From Candidatus Rokuibacteriota bacterium (GTDB lineage: Bacteria; Methylomirabilota; Methylomirabilia; Rokubacteriales; JACOUJ01), in NCBI GenBank assembly GCA_016177865.1, contig JACOUJ010000239.1:1-38386 (forward strand): DNA of 38,386 bases, given 5' to 3'. The notes under the pieces were generated by a model that was not told the origin of the DNA, did no database searches, and saw only the letters and a list, made by a program, of their open reading frames with translations. The translations under genes were made by a program, and so were the position numbers. Position 1 is the stretch's first letter, and the number at the start of each line of letters is the position of its first letter. Shown in pieces: positions 25,734-34,712 of the stretch.

Positions 25734-26750
25734 CTAACCGCTCGGGCCGTTCATCCCGCCTTCTCTCCGCGAGCGCACCCTATTTCGCGCACAGCCGACC
25801 AAGAAGCCGATGCTATCCACGATGGCCAGCTCTCTTTGAAACGCCCCAGGGTCACGAGTGGCCAAGGCTTTCAACCACAGGGCTAGCTGCTTTGCCAGTA
25901 GCCGGAAGACGTAAAGCGGGATTCCCAGCACGCGCGGCGCGCAGATGTCGCTCGGCTGCATGCCTTCGTTCTCCGCGGCATCAAAGCGCCACTTTCGGAA
26001 GTAACTCTTCCGCATTCGGTAAGGTCCGACATAATGCGACACGACAAGGCGTGGATCATACACGAGGACCTTCCCCGCCTCCACCGCCCGGCTCACAAAT
26101 TCTGTGTCCTCGCCGCCGGACAGCTTCGTCCCAATGCGCCCAAGACTTGTGTTGAATCCTCCCACCGCATCGAACAAATCACGGCGAAATGCCATGTTTG
26201 CCCCTAAGATTCGTGCGCCCTTTCCTCTTTCGATTCGCGAACACTCCTCTGATTCCAGCAGCGCAAGCAGCCCGAGAAGGCCCGTGTTCCCAAGGAGCCA
26301 CTCGGGTGGAGGCAGTGCCCACCTCGGTAATACCCTCCCCCCGACGCCATCAGCGGCATGCTCCCGCATTGCGAGGATGACTCCGTGGGCCCAGTCCCCC
26401 GCGGGCCTAACGTCATCGTCCGTAAAGGCCACAATCGCGCCGCGTGAATGCTTCACCCCGCTATTTCTCGCGTGACAAAGCCCTTGGCGTCCCTCAAACA
26501 TGTATCGAACCGGAACCGCGCCTACCCTTTCAAAGCGTCCGACCACCTCCCGCGTACGGTCTCGCGAGTTGTTGTCCATCACCAGGATCTCCCAGTGAAG
26601 CTCCGCTGGGACAACCTGCCTCAGTAACGCGTCCAGCGTTTCCGCCAAGAGCTCGGCCCTGTTGTACGTGCACACGACGACGCTCAGATCCATCCTTTCA
26701 GGAGCACCGCGCTGGACGCTGTCGACGCCAATCACAGCCGAACCTGCCAT
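25734..26750 (-). CDS. GT2-family (GT-A) glycosyltransferase
   Basis: MDLSVVVCTYNRAELLAETLDALLRQ, MDNNSRDRT, and the DxD-type AFTDDDV. The start is ambiguous: ATG 26750 overlaps wzt by 19 nt, and ATG 26693 gives MDLSVVV.... Confidence 0.85.
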   Translation of the reverse strand: MAGSAVIGVDSVQRGAPERMDLSVVVCTYNRAELLAETLDALLRQVVPAELHWEILVMDNNSRDRTREVVGRFERVGAVPVRYMFEGRQGLCHARNSGVKHSRGAIVAFTDDDVRPAGDWAHGVILAMREHAADGVGGRVLPRWALPPPEWLLGNTGLLGLLALLESEECSRIERGKGARILGANMAFRRDLFDAVGGFNTSLGRIGTKLSGGEDTEFVSRAVEAGKVLVYDPRLVVSHYVGPYRMRKSYFRKWRFDAAENEGMQPSDICAPRVLGIPLYVFRLLAKQLALWLKALATRDPGAFQRELAIVDSIGFLVGCARNRVRSRREGGMNGPSG

Positions 26751-27955
26751 TCGTGCGGATACACCAGGTGTCCACTCACCTCTCGCGACGCGATGCTCGG
26801 GCCATCAACGATTAGAACCGCGGCTCTCTTCTTCACGTCGTAGTAGCGCTCGATACATTGATCACGGATGTGCACGTTGATCACGTAGTCGCCTTTCAGG
26901 AAAAGAACCGGGCGCAGCATCAACCGCACGACCCCCTGTTCGACGGTTGAGTCAATCTTGAGGCCCCCGAACCGAGATGTGATACCACCCAGCGGATAGC
27001 CATGGGCATCCTGGATCGTCACTTCGAAGACCGGGTTGTGGATCGGTTGGCGCACGGTAAAGCTGATGTCGATACAGACTGCGTCTCCGTACCGGAACTT
27101 TTCCGGAACACGGCCCTCTACGTCGCACAGCGAGACCCGATCCACCCGGATCGGTTGATCAGCGTCGGACGAAGAAAACACGGCCGTCGCACTCGCGTGC
27201 ATCCGGTCTCTAACGGACGCGAGGTACCGCTCTACGACCGCGTCAGGGCAACCGTATCCACGGATTTCTCCCCCCTCGATCCAAAGTACTTTCCTCGAAT
27301 GCTGGAGGACGTTCGCCATGTTATGGGAGACCAGAATGATGGTCTTTCCCTGTTCTTTGAGCTCGGCAAGCCGGTTCAGGCATCTTATCTGGAAGGAGGC
27401 ATCCCCGACCGCTAAGACCTCATCGATCAGCAGGATGTCCGGGTCCGTGTGCGCCGCGACAGAAAAGCCGAGTCGCACCTGCATGCCGGAGGAGTAGTGC
27501 TTTACAGGCGTATCGACGAATGTTTCAACCTCTGCGAACGAGACGATTCTGTCAAACTTCGCATCGATCTCCTGCCGCCGCATGCCCATGATCGCGCCAT
27601 TCAGATAGACGTTCTCCCGACCGGTCAAGTCCGGGTGGAAACCGGCACCAATCTCGATGAGAGCTCCTACTCGGCCACGAAGCGCAAACCGTCCACTCGT
27701 CGGCACCGTGACCTGAGAAAGGATCTTGAGTATCGTGCTCTTTCCGGCACCATTGGGCCCTATCAAGCCGACGACATCGCCCTGCTCCACATCGAAGCTC
27801 ACGTTCTTCAACGCCCAGAAAACGTCCCTCCGCCCACTCCTGGTGACGATGCGCTGAGCCCACTCCCGGAGTTCCTCTCGAATCGACCGATACCAACCAC
27901 GCCGCAAGCGATACCGCTTGGAAATCTCGTCGAACCGAATCACCACGTCCGCCAC
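26732..27955 (-). CDS. wzt: polysaccharide ABC exporter ATP-binding protein Wzt/TagH-like with a ~150-aa C-terminal extension (Wzt_C-like beta domain)
   Basis: Walker A GPNGAGKST, signature YSSGMQVRLGF and Walker B ILLIDEVLAVGD. The C-terminal ~150 aa (about 26732-27190) are beta-rich and lie beyond the ABC core. Preferred start is GTG 27955 (GAGGG 9 nt upstream); the track start at 27964 is TTG with no spacer. Confidence 0.85.
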   Translation of the reverse strand: MADVVIRFDEISKRYRLRRGWYRSIREELREWAQRIVTRSGRRDVFWALKNVSFDVEQGDVVGLIGPNGAGKSTILKILSQVTVPTSGRFALRGRVGALIEIGAGFHPDLTGRENVYLNGAIMGMRRQEIDAKFDRIVSFAEVETFVDTPVKHYSSGMQVRLGFSVAAHTDPDILLIDEVLAVGDASFQIRCLNRLAELKEQGKTIILVSHNMANVLQHSRKVLWIEGGEIRGYGCPDAVVERYLASVRDRMHASATAVFSSSDADQPIRVDRVSLCDVEGRVPEKFRYGDAVCIDISFTVRQPIHNPVFEVTIQDAHGYPLGGITSRFGGLKIDSTVEQGVVRLMLRPVLFLKGDYVINVHIRDQCIERYYDVKKRAAVLIVDGPSIASREVSGHLVYPHEWQVRL

Positions 27956-27970
27956 TGCAGCCAACCCTCG

Positions 27971-28753
27971 TCAGATGACGTCCGCGAAGGTTCGTTCAAC
28001 ACGTTTGAACATCGCATATCCCGCTAGAGCCACAACGAGCGTGATCCAGCTATCAAGGGCGAGATAAGCCAGATTCGGAGGAGCACCACCAAGGAGCGCG
28101 AACCGATACCCTTCGATGATCGACGCCATGGGATTCAGGAGGTAAATGGGGAGCCACGCAGCTGGAACCAGGCTGAGTGGGTAGGCAACGGGACTCACGA
28201 ACATCCAGAGCTGAAGTGTCAGCGGGATGGCATGGCCGATGTCTCGGAAGTTGACGTGCATCGCCGACGTGAAGCAGATAACACCGAACGCCAGGAGCGT
28301 CTGCAGCACCAGTAGGACAGGAACCCAGAGGGCCTGCAGCGTAATGGGGATCTCGTAGTAATACAGCATACCTCCGAAGATCACCGTGGCGACCGTAAGG
28401 TCCAATCCCGCCGACAGGACGATGGACATCAACAGCGTTTCACGAGGAAAGTAGATTTTCCTGACCAGGTTAGCGTTCGCCACGATGGCGACGGTACCCT
28501 GCGAGATCGTCATTGCAAAGAAGGTCCAAAAGACCAGGCTGAGATAGGAGAAGACAGGATAGGGAACCCCTTCGGTCGGTATCTTTGCGAACCGCGAAAA
28601 GACCAGGGTGAAGACCAGCATCAGCGCGAACGGCTGAAAGATCGCCCAGGCCACTCCGAAAACTGTCTGCTTGTATCTCGCCTTGACATCACGAACCGCA
28701 AAGCTGAGGACCAAGTCGCGATGCCGCCAGACTTCCTTAAGACTCTGTCCCAT
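27971..28753 (-). CDS. wzm: ABC-2-type polysaccharide exporter permease (Wzm/TagG-like)
   Basis: 260 aa with six hydrophobic spans. The N-terminal RDVKARYKQTVFGVAWAIFQP is typical of ABC-2 permeases. It sits directly upstream of wzt. Confidence 0.85.
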   Translation of the reverse strand: MGQSLKEVWRHRDLVLSFAVRDVKARYKQTVFGVAWAIFQPFALMLVFTLVFSRFAKIPTEGVPYPVFSYLSLVFWTFFAMTISQGTVAIVANANLVRKIYFPRETLLMSIVLSAGLDLTVATVIFGGMLYYYEIPITLQALWVPVLLVLQTLLAFGVICFTSAMHVNFRDIGHAIPLTLQLWMFVSPVAYPLSLVPAAWLPIYLLNPMASIIEGYRFALLGGAPPNLAYLALDSWITLVVALAGYAMFKRVERTFADVI

Positions 28754-28811
28754 TCTCGTCCTGGCTCCTGCCGGATTCGCTAGTCACGTTTGGCAATAGG
28801 TCGTGGCGGAT

Positions 28812-30254
28812 TCACCACGCCGGTCGAGCTTCACCGGCCCTCCTGAACATGGTGGCTTCCGCAAGGATGCGCTCCGCCAGGAATCTCCCGACCACGTGAT
28901 GGGCCTGCTCGTTCGGGTGACCATCCCATCGACTCACCCGCAAATCCCAGTAGGAAAACCCATCAAAGACACGACCCATAGGCCACACAGATATCCTCCG
29001 CCCGAGGCAGGCTTCGACGAATCGTTGGTAGCGTGCTTCGTAACGGTCATCATGACGAACCGCGATGTCGAACGGAACGAGGCGGAAAGCGGCACCGAAG
29101 GACTGCGCCTTCGCAAAGATCTCCTCGAGGACGTCAAGGTGCCGTGACAGGAGATCTGGGTTGGCGTATGACGCGAAGAAGTGGTCAGGACGCGCAGCTT
29201 CAGGGTTCATCCGCCTGGCTCGGCGGTAACGAAGAAGTAGCTGATCAAACAGATGCGAGTTGAGCATCAGGACACGATGCAGTCGAAACCGGCTCCAGAA
29301 CGAGGGGGCTCCGAATGGCGTATCTCCTAACGGCAGTGGAACCAAGTGCTCGATGTCGTTAAAGTAATAAGCCAGGATCACGAGATCGGGCTGCAACCAA
29401 CTGAGTTGCCCCAGGGTTTGCAGGTGGTCCACGGAATGGGTGCCTTTGACGCCAGCGTTGAACACCCTCGCGTGGCGGAACTGCCCGGTCCGGCCCAGTT
29501 GCTCGGCAAGAACGCTAGTAAAGCGATCGGCGGGGTTGGTCACTCCGGTGCCGTAGGTTATTGAGTCTCCAAGCACCAAGATCCGAAACTCGTCAGGTTG
29601 CGTCCGCTGTTCGAACTCTCCGCCCCGGAAGCCCAAGCTGTTGGGCGCTTCATATCGCACATGCCACATTCTCGTGGGTTTCGTCGGCTCGCCCTGGGGC
29701 TGGAGCCAAACGATGTTAGCGACCCGGGTGGCACCTTCGGCGATGAGATACGTAGCCGCTATGGACGCCACGATCACAAGTCCCCCGGCTACTCGGTACG
29801 CTCCACGAGCCTTGGCATTGAACGCCCGGCTGATGAGAAAGTGGAGCATCGCCAGGCCCAGAGAGACCTGAGCCAGATACTCCAGGAGAACCCCAGCTGT
29901 CTGCGTGGCGCCAAAGAACTCACCGACAAACAACCGCCTCACGTGAAATGGATCGACGCGGTACTGCGTCAACAGGCTCGCCCCCCAGCCTGCGGCGGCG
30001 GTGCCGAAAAGAAATCGATATCTAGCGCCACTGAGATCCCCGGCATCGAGGGCCCTCGAACCCGCCAGACTCTGCCGAGCGGCCAGGGCAGTCGCCACTG
30101 CGAAACTCAGGACGCTCGCCAGGATCACGGCCACCCACGGAAGCGAGTACCGGTTCAACACCGCAGGGTTGAACGACTCGTTAAGGAGTGTACCCAAGGC
30201 AACACATCCCAACGCAAACGCCCACAGCCACGGCGTGAGAAGTGCCATCGTCAT
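28812..30254 (-). CDS. membrane protein with 5 N-terminal TM helices fused to an SGNH/GDSL hydrolase domain
   Basis: 480 aa. TM region is about residues 1-190. SGNH blocks are ILVLGDSITYGTG (Ser), NAGVKGT (Gly), YYFNDI (Asn) and a non-canonical final block RWDGHPN (the Asp-His spacing differs from DxxH). Confidence 0.75.
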   Translation of the reverse strand: MTMALLTPWLWAFALGCVALGTLLNESFNPAVLNRYSLPWVAVILASVLSFAVATALAARQSLAGSRALDAGDLSGARYRFLFGTAAAGWGASLLTQYRVDPFHVRRLFVGEFFGATQTAGVLLEYLAQVSLGLAMLHFLISRAFNAKARGAYRVAGGLVIVASIAATYLIAEGATRVANIVWLQPQGEPTKPTRMWHVRYEAPNSLGFRGGEFEQRTQPDEFRILVLGDSITYGTGVTNPADRFTSVLAEQLGRTGQFRHARVFNAGVKGTHSVDHLQTLGQLSWLQPDLVILAYYFNDIEHLVPLPLGDTPFGAPSFWSRFRLHRVLMLNSHLFDQLLLRYRRARRMNPEAARPDHFFASYANPDLLSRHLDVLEEIFAKAQSFGAAFRLVPFDIAVRHDDRYEARYQRFVEACLGRRISVWPMGRVFDGFSYWDLRVSRWDGHPNEQAHHVVGRFLAERILAEATMFRRAGEARPAW

Positions 30255-31441
30255 CTCCTGCCAATCATCGGTCGCAGAAACTCAGCCGTCGCTCGAGCCA
30301 GCGCCTCGCTTCCTGCTGCTGTCGTGTGGACATGATCCTCGAAGAGCTCGCTGCGGCCAGTGAATATACCCGACAGATCAAGTACTGGCACGTCGTTAGC
30401 CTGCGCCACCTTGAAGATGGCGCGGTCAGAATCCTCGAAGGCGCGAAGAAGCGCCTCAGGGGACAACTCTACTAACTCGTACGCGATCTTCTCCTTCTCG
30501 GCCGGAGTGTTTGACTGCGTCACCAGTCGCGCCTGGGTCGCGAGGATTCCTCTGGCCCTGATATGCCTAGCGGCAGACATGATGAGGTGCAAGTTCAGCC
30601 CGTACTGGCGGGGCCCGTAGGCGGAATACGTGCTGGCGTAGGTGTTGACGTCGGTTACTACGCCCTCCGACCCAGGCTTGCCGATGCGCCAAAACAGGTA
30701 CTGCGACCGGAGCCGCACGTACAGCTCGGAGTAACTCAGCAGGCGATCCGCTGGCCCCCAATAGTAAATGAACGGGTTCGAGACCATGGGGCGCCCGCCA
30801 TCGTTGGTCACCATGGCCGGGCGCTGAGTCCGCAGTAACGTGGTCTGCGAGTCGAGCCGGTGAAAGTACTTGATGTCGTTCCAGGCGTGGTACACCAGGA
30901 CATAGTCCGGCTCGAACGTCCAGAGCTCCGAGTAGAGACGTCCCAGAGAATCGAACGTGGCGTGCCCGGGGGTGCCAGCATTGATGACTTCAACATTCGT
31001 GTGCCCTTGAGCCCGCAGGTACTCTTCTATCAGGTGGGGCCAATCTCGTCCCTCCTTGGCGTACATGTCGAAGGCTGCCGAACCACCGAGGACCACAAGA
31101 CGGATCACCCCGGGCGGCTTCGGCACCTCGAAAGACCGACCGCGATAGCCGCGTTCGCTGATTTCGACGTAGCCGCTCGGGGTCGCTCGCTTCTTCTGCA
31201 CCATTCGGGGAAAGGCGTGACGCGCGAAGAGCGTCGCCTCGTATTCGAGTGACTTGGCCCGGTGGGTGTCGGGGCTCGCGTGGCTTCGAGTCAGCCTCAG
31301 ATAGGCTTCGCCGACGGTGACCATCACCGCCGCCGTTAGCCCGATGCTCACTGACGCGAGCCACAGCTTTGCGCGGAGCGAATACGTTGGCCCCCCGATC
31401 CTCGTTATCGGACGCGGCCGCCAGGCTGTTTCCACTCCCAT
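30251..31441 (-). CDS. single-pass membrane-anchored SGNH-like hydrolase
   Basis: 396 aa. TM anchor is LWLASVSIGLTAAVMVTVG. Blocks are RLVVLGGSAAFDMY (GGS in place of GDS), NAGTPGH, YHAWNDIKY and EDHVHTT (DxxH). ATGA overlap with the downstream SGNH gene. Confidence 0.7.
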   Translation of the reverse strand: MGVETAWRPRPITRIGGPTYSLRAKLWLASVSIGLTAAVMVTVGEAYLRLTRSHASPDTHRAKSLEYEATLFARHAFPRMVQKKRATPSGYVEISERGYRGRSFEVPKPPGVIRLVVLGGSAAFDMYAKEGRDWPHLIEEYLRAQGHTNVEVINAGTPGHATFDSLGRLYSELWTFEPDYVLVYHAWNDIKYFHRLDSQTTLLRTQRPAMVTNDGGRPMVSNPFIYYWGPADRLLSYSELYVRLRSQYLFWRIGKPGSEGVVTDVNTYASTYSAYGPRQYGLNLHLIMSAARHIRARGILATQARLVTQSNTPAEKEKIAYELVELSPEALLRAFEDSDRAIFKVAQANDVPVLDLSGIFTGRSELFEDHVHTTAAGSEALARATAEFLRPMIGRR

Positions 31442-31445
31442 GGGC

Positions 31446-31616
31446 TCAGAACAGTGTGTAGATGAACGGTGCGACTGCTGAACTTTGAGCGAAGAGGATC
31501 AGACCACCCAGGAGCAAAAGCATGAAGACCATGGGGATCATCCACCAGAGCTTCGCCGCCCATAGGAATTCCAGCAACTCCCCCGCGATCGAGAACTTCA
31601 TGAGCAGGCTCTTCAT
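31446..31616 (-). CDS. DUF5989 / SxtK-like 56-aa membrane peptide (not in supplied ORF track)
   Basis: Hand translation of the minus strand gives MKSLLMKFSIAGELLEFLWAAKLWWMIPMVFMLLLLGGLILFAQSSAVAPFIYTLF*. The single TM segment and the C-terminal SAxAPFIYTLF match my memory of the small protein family found next to NodU/CmcH carbamoyltransferases. It starts 15 nt after the carbamoyltransferase stop, with a purine-rich GGGGGCGAG upstream. Confidence 0.7.
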   Translation of the reverse strand: MKSLLMKFSIAGELLEFLWAAKLWWMIPMVFMLLLLGGLILFAQSSAVAPFIYTLF

Positions 31617-31631
31617 CGCGTTCTCGCCCCC

Positions 31632-33407
31632 CTATTTCTCGATGATGTGTTGGCCGAGGACCAGGACGTCCATGCCGCTTCGGCTGAACGTGCTGAACGC
31701 CTCCGCCGGCGAGTTGACGATCGGCTCTCCCTTCAGATTGAAGGACGTGTTCAGCACGACCGGAACCCCCGTGGCCTCGCCAAACGTCTGAATCAACCGG
31801 TGGTAGCGTGGTGCGGTCTCGCGGTCCACGGTTTGAAGTCGTGCCGACCCGTCCACGTGGGTGATGGCTGGCACGCGATCTCGCGCCCCGTCCTTTACGC
31901 CCACGACGTAAAGCATGTACCGCGCGGGATAGTGCCGCGCCGGCTCCGCCAAGTCGAAGAAGTCCGCCGCCCGCTCCATAAGTACCGAGGGCGCGAAGGG
32001 TCGGAATGGCTCGCGAAACTTGATCTTCGTGTTGACGATGTCCTTCATCGCCGGGTCGCGCGGATCCGCGAGGATGCTGCGGTTCCCGAGCGCGCGCGGT
32101 CCCCATTCAAACCGTCCCTGAAACCATCCAACGACCCTGCCCTGCTGAAGCGCGTCCACGACGCGCCCGAGCAGTGCATCATCATTCTCGACGCGCGTGT
32201 GCGCGATATTCTGGCTGCGCAGAAACGCGTCGATTTCGCCGGCGCTGTACTCCTGTCCCCAGCAGGCGTGACGCATGACAAACTGGCGTGGCTTCCCCAG
32301 GACCATGTGATAGCCGTACAGCGCCGCGCCGACAGCGCCACCGCCATCTCCCGCAGCGGGCTGGATGAAGATCTCCTCGAACGCTGTCTCCCTGAGGATC
32401 CGGCCGTTTGCCACGCTGTTGAGGGCCACACCACCTGCCATGCAGAGGTGCTTCAGGCCTGTTTCCCGATGTAGGTGGCAGGCCATCTTCAGCAGCACCT
32501 CTTCGGTGACCGCCTGAATGCTCGCGGCGATATCCGCATAGCGCTGGTTCTCCCGAGCCAGGCGGTCGTAGGCGGCCGGCTTCTCGCCAAAGTAGGACGG
32601 GTACCCGCTCGAGGGTGTGAAGAAGTGGGCCTTCGGATCACGCGGCGGCCCGAACACATCGACGAAGCGGTCGTCGTACGTCGCGTAGGTCGATTGGTGA
32701 AACGAGAAGTACTCCATGTTAAGGTGGAAGCTGCCGTCGGCCTCCTGACCAATCAGCTTCCACACCTTGTCCGCGTACCGGGGTTCGCCAAACGGCGCCA
32801 TACCCATCACCTTGTACTCGCCTTCATTCACCTCGAACCCCAAAAAGGCTGTGAAGGCGCTGTATAGCAAGCCGAGGGAATGGGGGAACCGAATCTCGCG
32901 GCAAATCTTGATCTCGCTTCCTCGACCGGTGCCATACGTCGCCGTCGCCCATTCACCGACGCCGTCTACAGTCAAGATCGCCGCCTCCTCAAAGGGCGAG
33001 CAAAAGAAGGCGCTCGCGGCGTGCGAGAGGTGGTGGTCGCTGAACAGGATCTTGGACTCCGGGACACGGAGCGTTTCTTTGATGAGGCTCTTGATCCAGA
33101 GCTTCTCCGTAAACCACGCAACCAACGACTCCTGAAACACCTTCCGCGACCTCGGGAAGGTCTGCATCGTGGACTGCAGAATCCGCTCGAACTTCAGGAA
33201 TGGTTTTTCGAAAAAGACGACCAGATCCAGCTCCTCGCCTCGAATCCGACCTGCACGCAAGCAAAACTCGATCGCATTGGCCGGATACCTGTAATCGTGT
33301 TTCTTCCGCGTGAAGCGTTCCTCCTCTGCCGCAGCGACGATCTCGCCATCCCGGAGAAGGGCCGCAGCCGAATCGTGAAAGAAGCACGAGATCCCCATGA
33401 TGTTCAT
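31632..33407 (-). CDS. carbamoyltransferase, NodU/CmcH family
   Basis: 591 aa. The N-terminus MNIMGISCFFHDSAAALLRDGEIVAAAEEERFTRKKHD is the family hallmark. Length and the C-terminal LNTSFNLKGEPIV motif are consistent. Confidence 0.9.
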   Translation of the reverse strand: MNIMGISCFFHDSAAALLRDGEIVAAAEEERFTRKKHDYRYPANAIEFCLRAGRIRGEELDLVVFFEKPFLKFERILQSTMQTFPRSRKVFQESLVAWFTEKLWIKSLIKETLRVPESKILFSDHHLSHAASAFFCSPFEEAAILTVDGVGEWATATYGTGRGSEIKICREIRFPHSLGLLYSAFTAFLGFEVNEGEYKVMGMAPFGEPRYADKVWKLIGQEADGSFHLNMEYFSFHQSTYATYDDRFVDVFGPPRDPKAHFFTPSSGYPSYFGEKPAAYDRLARENQRYADIAASIQAVTEEVLLKMACHLHRETGLKHLCMAGGVALNSVANGRILRETAFEEIFIQPAAGDGGGAVGAALYGYHMVLGKPRQFVMRHACWGQEYSAGEIDAFLRSQNIAHTRVENDDALLGRVVDALQQGRVVGWFQGRFEWGPRALGNRSILADPRDPAMKDIVNTKIKFREPFRPFAPSVLMERAADFFDLAEPARHYPARYMLYVVGVKDGARDRVPAITHVDGSARLQTVDRETAPRYHRLIQTFGEATGVPVVLNTSFNLKGEPIVNSPAEAFSTFSRSGMDVLVLGQHIIEK

Positions 33408-33408
33408 G

Positions 33409-33642
33409 CTAGAACTGCCTCCTCGCGAGCGTCAGCGGGTCCGCGTCAGCACCCGGCCGCGCCACCCAGCCGTTGGCCGCTCCGGGGTGCAGCCGCAGCG
33501 GGTCACCGAGCACTTTCACGCCCAGGGCGAATGGCCCGAACACCGTGAAGTAGAAGACAAACAGCAGCGCACGCGCTTGAAGGTCCGCAATCCTCCGGCC
33601 GAGCACCTGCCACCGAGTCCAGATCACCTTGAGCACACGCAT
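33409..33642 (-). CDS. short SxtJ-like membrane protein (77 aa; corresponds only to the C-terminal half of typical SxtJ-family proteins)
   Basis: ATG 33642-33640 is preceded by AAGGGAGAG. The product is MRVLKVIWTRWQVLGRRIADLQARALLFVFYFTVFGPFALGVKVLGDPLRLHPGAANGWVARPGADADPLTLARRQF. The W-T-R..LG...hydrophobic helix..G-D-P-L-R-L....W..R....QF pattern resembles SxtJ C-termini from memory. The stop lies 1 nt before the carbamoyltransferase ATG. Confidence 0.5.
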   Translation of the reverse strand: MRVLKVIWTRWQVLGRRIADLQARALLFVFYFTVFGPFALGVKVLGDPLRLHPGAANGWVARPGADADPLTLARRQF

Positions 33643-33662
33643 CGGGGATCTCTCCCTTCGCC

Positions 33663-34703
33663 TCAGGCCCTCTTCCGGCCGATCATGGTGAAAAAGCCAC
33701 CTTCTCGCCCCCCGGTGAGAAGCATGGCGGCCTGCACGATGGCCCGATCGACGGCCGTGCCTCGCGGGTTTGGCTCGAACAATCTCTCCCCGGGGGAAAA
33801 CGACTCGCTTGCGACGCACTTCGGTATGCTGTTCACGAATTCGACGCTCGACTGGTCGAACCACCGCAGCACCTCGCCAAAGGTATGCTTCGATTCATGC
33901 GGATGCTTATACTGATCCCTGAACCAAGCCCGCCTTCTCGCGTCATTGAGGGTCTCGGTCCTCAGCCGTGGATCGAGGGACGTCAGCCTATCCCCAGCCA
34001 CTCGAAAGATAAGGCGTCGGATGTCGGTCGTGAGTCTCCCGTACCTGTTATAGAGTCCAACGACGACGAAACCGCCCTTCTTCAGAGAGGGCAAAAGAGC
34101 CTGGAACCCGGCGAAGGGATCAGCGGTGTGGTGCAACACACCGTTGCAGATCACAAAATCAAAGACCTCCGGTCGAAACACTGGACGGAAGAGGTTCATC
34201 TGAACGAAGCAGACATTCTCAAGACCATGTTGCTCCTCGAACGCGTGGCCCAGCCTCAGAGAGTTCACGCACAGATCTGTGGCAAAGACGCTTCGTCCCC
34301 ATGTCAATCCAAGGAAATTGCTCAGCTGACCCGTGCCGCAACCACATTCGAGGACCTTCGAGCCATGCGCGATCTGCCCGCTCAAGAGCCGAGCGAAGAC
34401 TCCATTCTCGGCCTTTGCTCGGAGGCTCTCCGGGGAGTCCAAGTCGTCGTAACCAGGAAAGGGCGTCTCCTCATAAAAGGCCTTCACGAGATCTGTCACA
34501 TCGGCCTTGGAACTGCGGCCGGTGGGCCAGAATAACAAGGGAATGCCTTGATCGCACGCGAACACACGCTTGCACGCTGCACATTCCATCGTCGAATGGT
34601 CGTCGGGCACTTTCAACCGTCCACCGCATACCGGACACATGAAGATGTCCAAGTGGCGACGGATGAGCTCAGGAATGACAGCGGTCTCGTCCGTGAGTTT
34701 CAT
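33663..34703 (-). CDS. SAM-dependent methyltransferase with N-terminal Trm112-like zinc ribbon
   Basis: 346 aa. Zinc ribbon is CPVCGGRL...MECAACKRVF. SAM motif I is VLECGCGTGQL, followed by ATDL and VICNGVLHH. Confidence 0.8.
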   Translation of the reverse strand: MKLTDETAVIPELIRRHLDIFMCPVCGGRLKVPDDHSTMECAACKRVFACDQGIPLLFWPTGRSSKADVTDLVKAFYEETPFPGYDDLDSPESLRAKAENGVFARLLSGQIAHGSKVLECGCGTGQLSNFLGLTWGRSVFATDLCVNSLRLGHAFEEQHGLENVCFVQMNLFRPVFRPEVFDFVICNGVLHHTADPFAGFQALLPSLKKGGFVVVGLYNRYGRLTTDIRRLIFRVAGDRLTSLDPRLRTETLNDARRRAWFRDQYKHPHESKHTFGEVLRWFDQSSVEFVNSIPKCVASESFSPGERLFEPNPRGTAVDRAIVQAAMLLTGGREGGFFTMIGRKRA

Positions 34704-34712
34704 CAGGTCCCG

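Noticed and set aside
31405-32106. 233-aa minus-strand ORF
   Set aside because: It is out of frame within the carbamoyltransferase gene and covers the DUF5989-like ORF region. Its product is Arg/Gly-rich with no motif.
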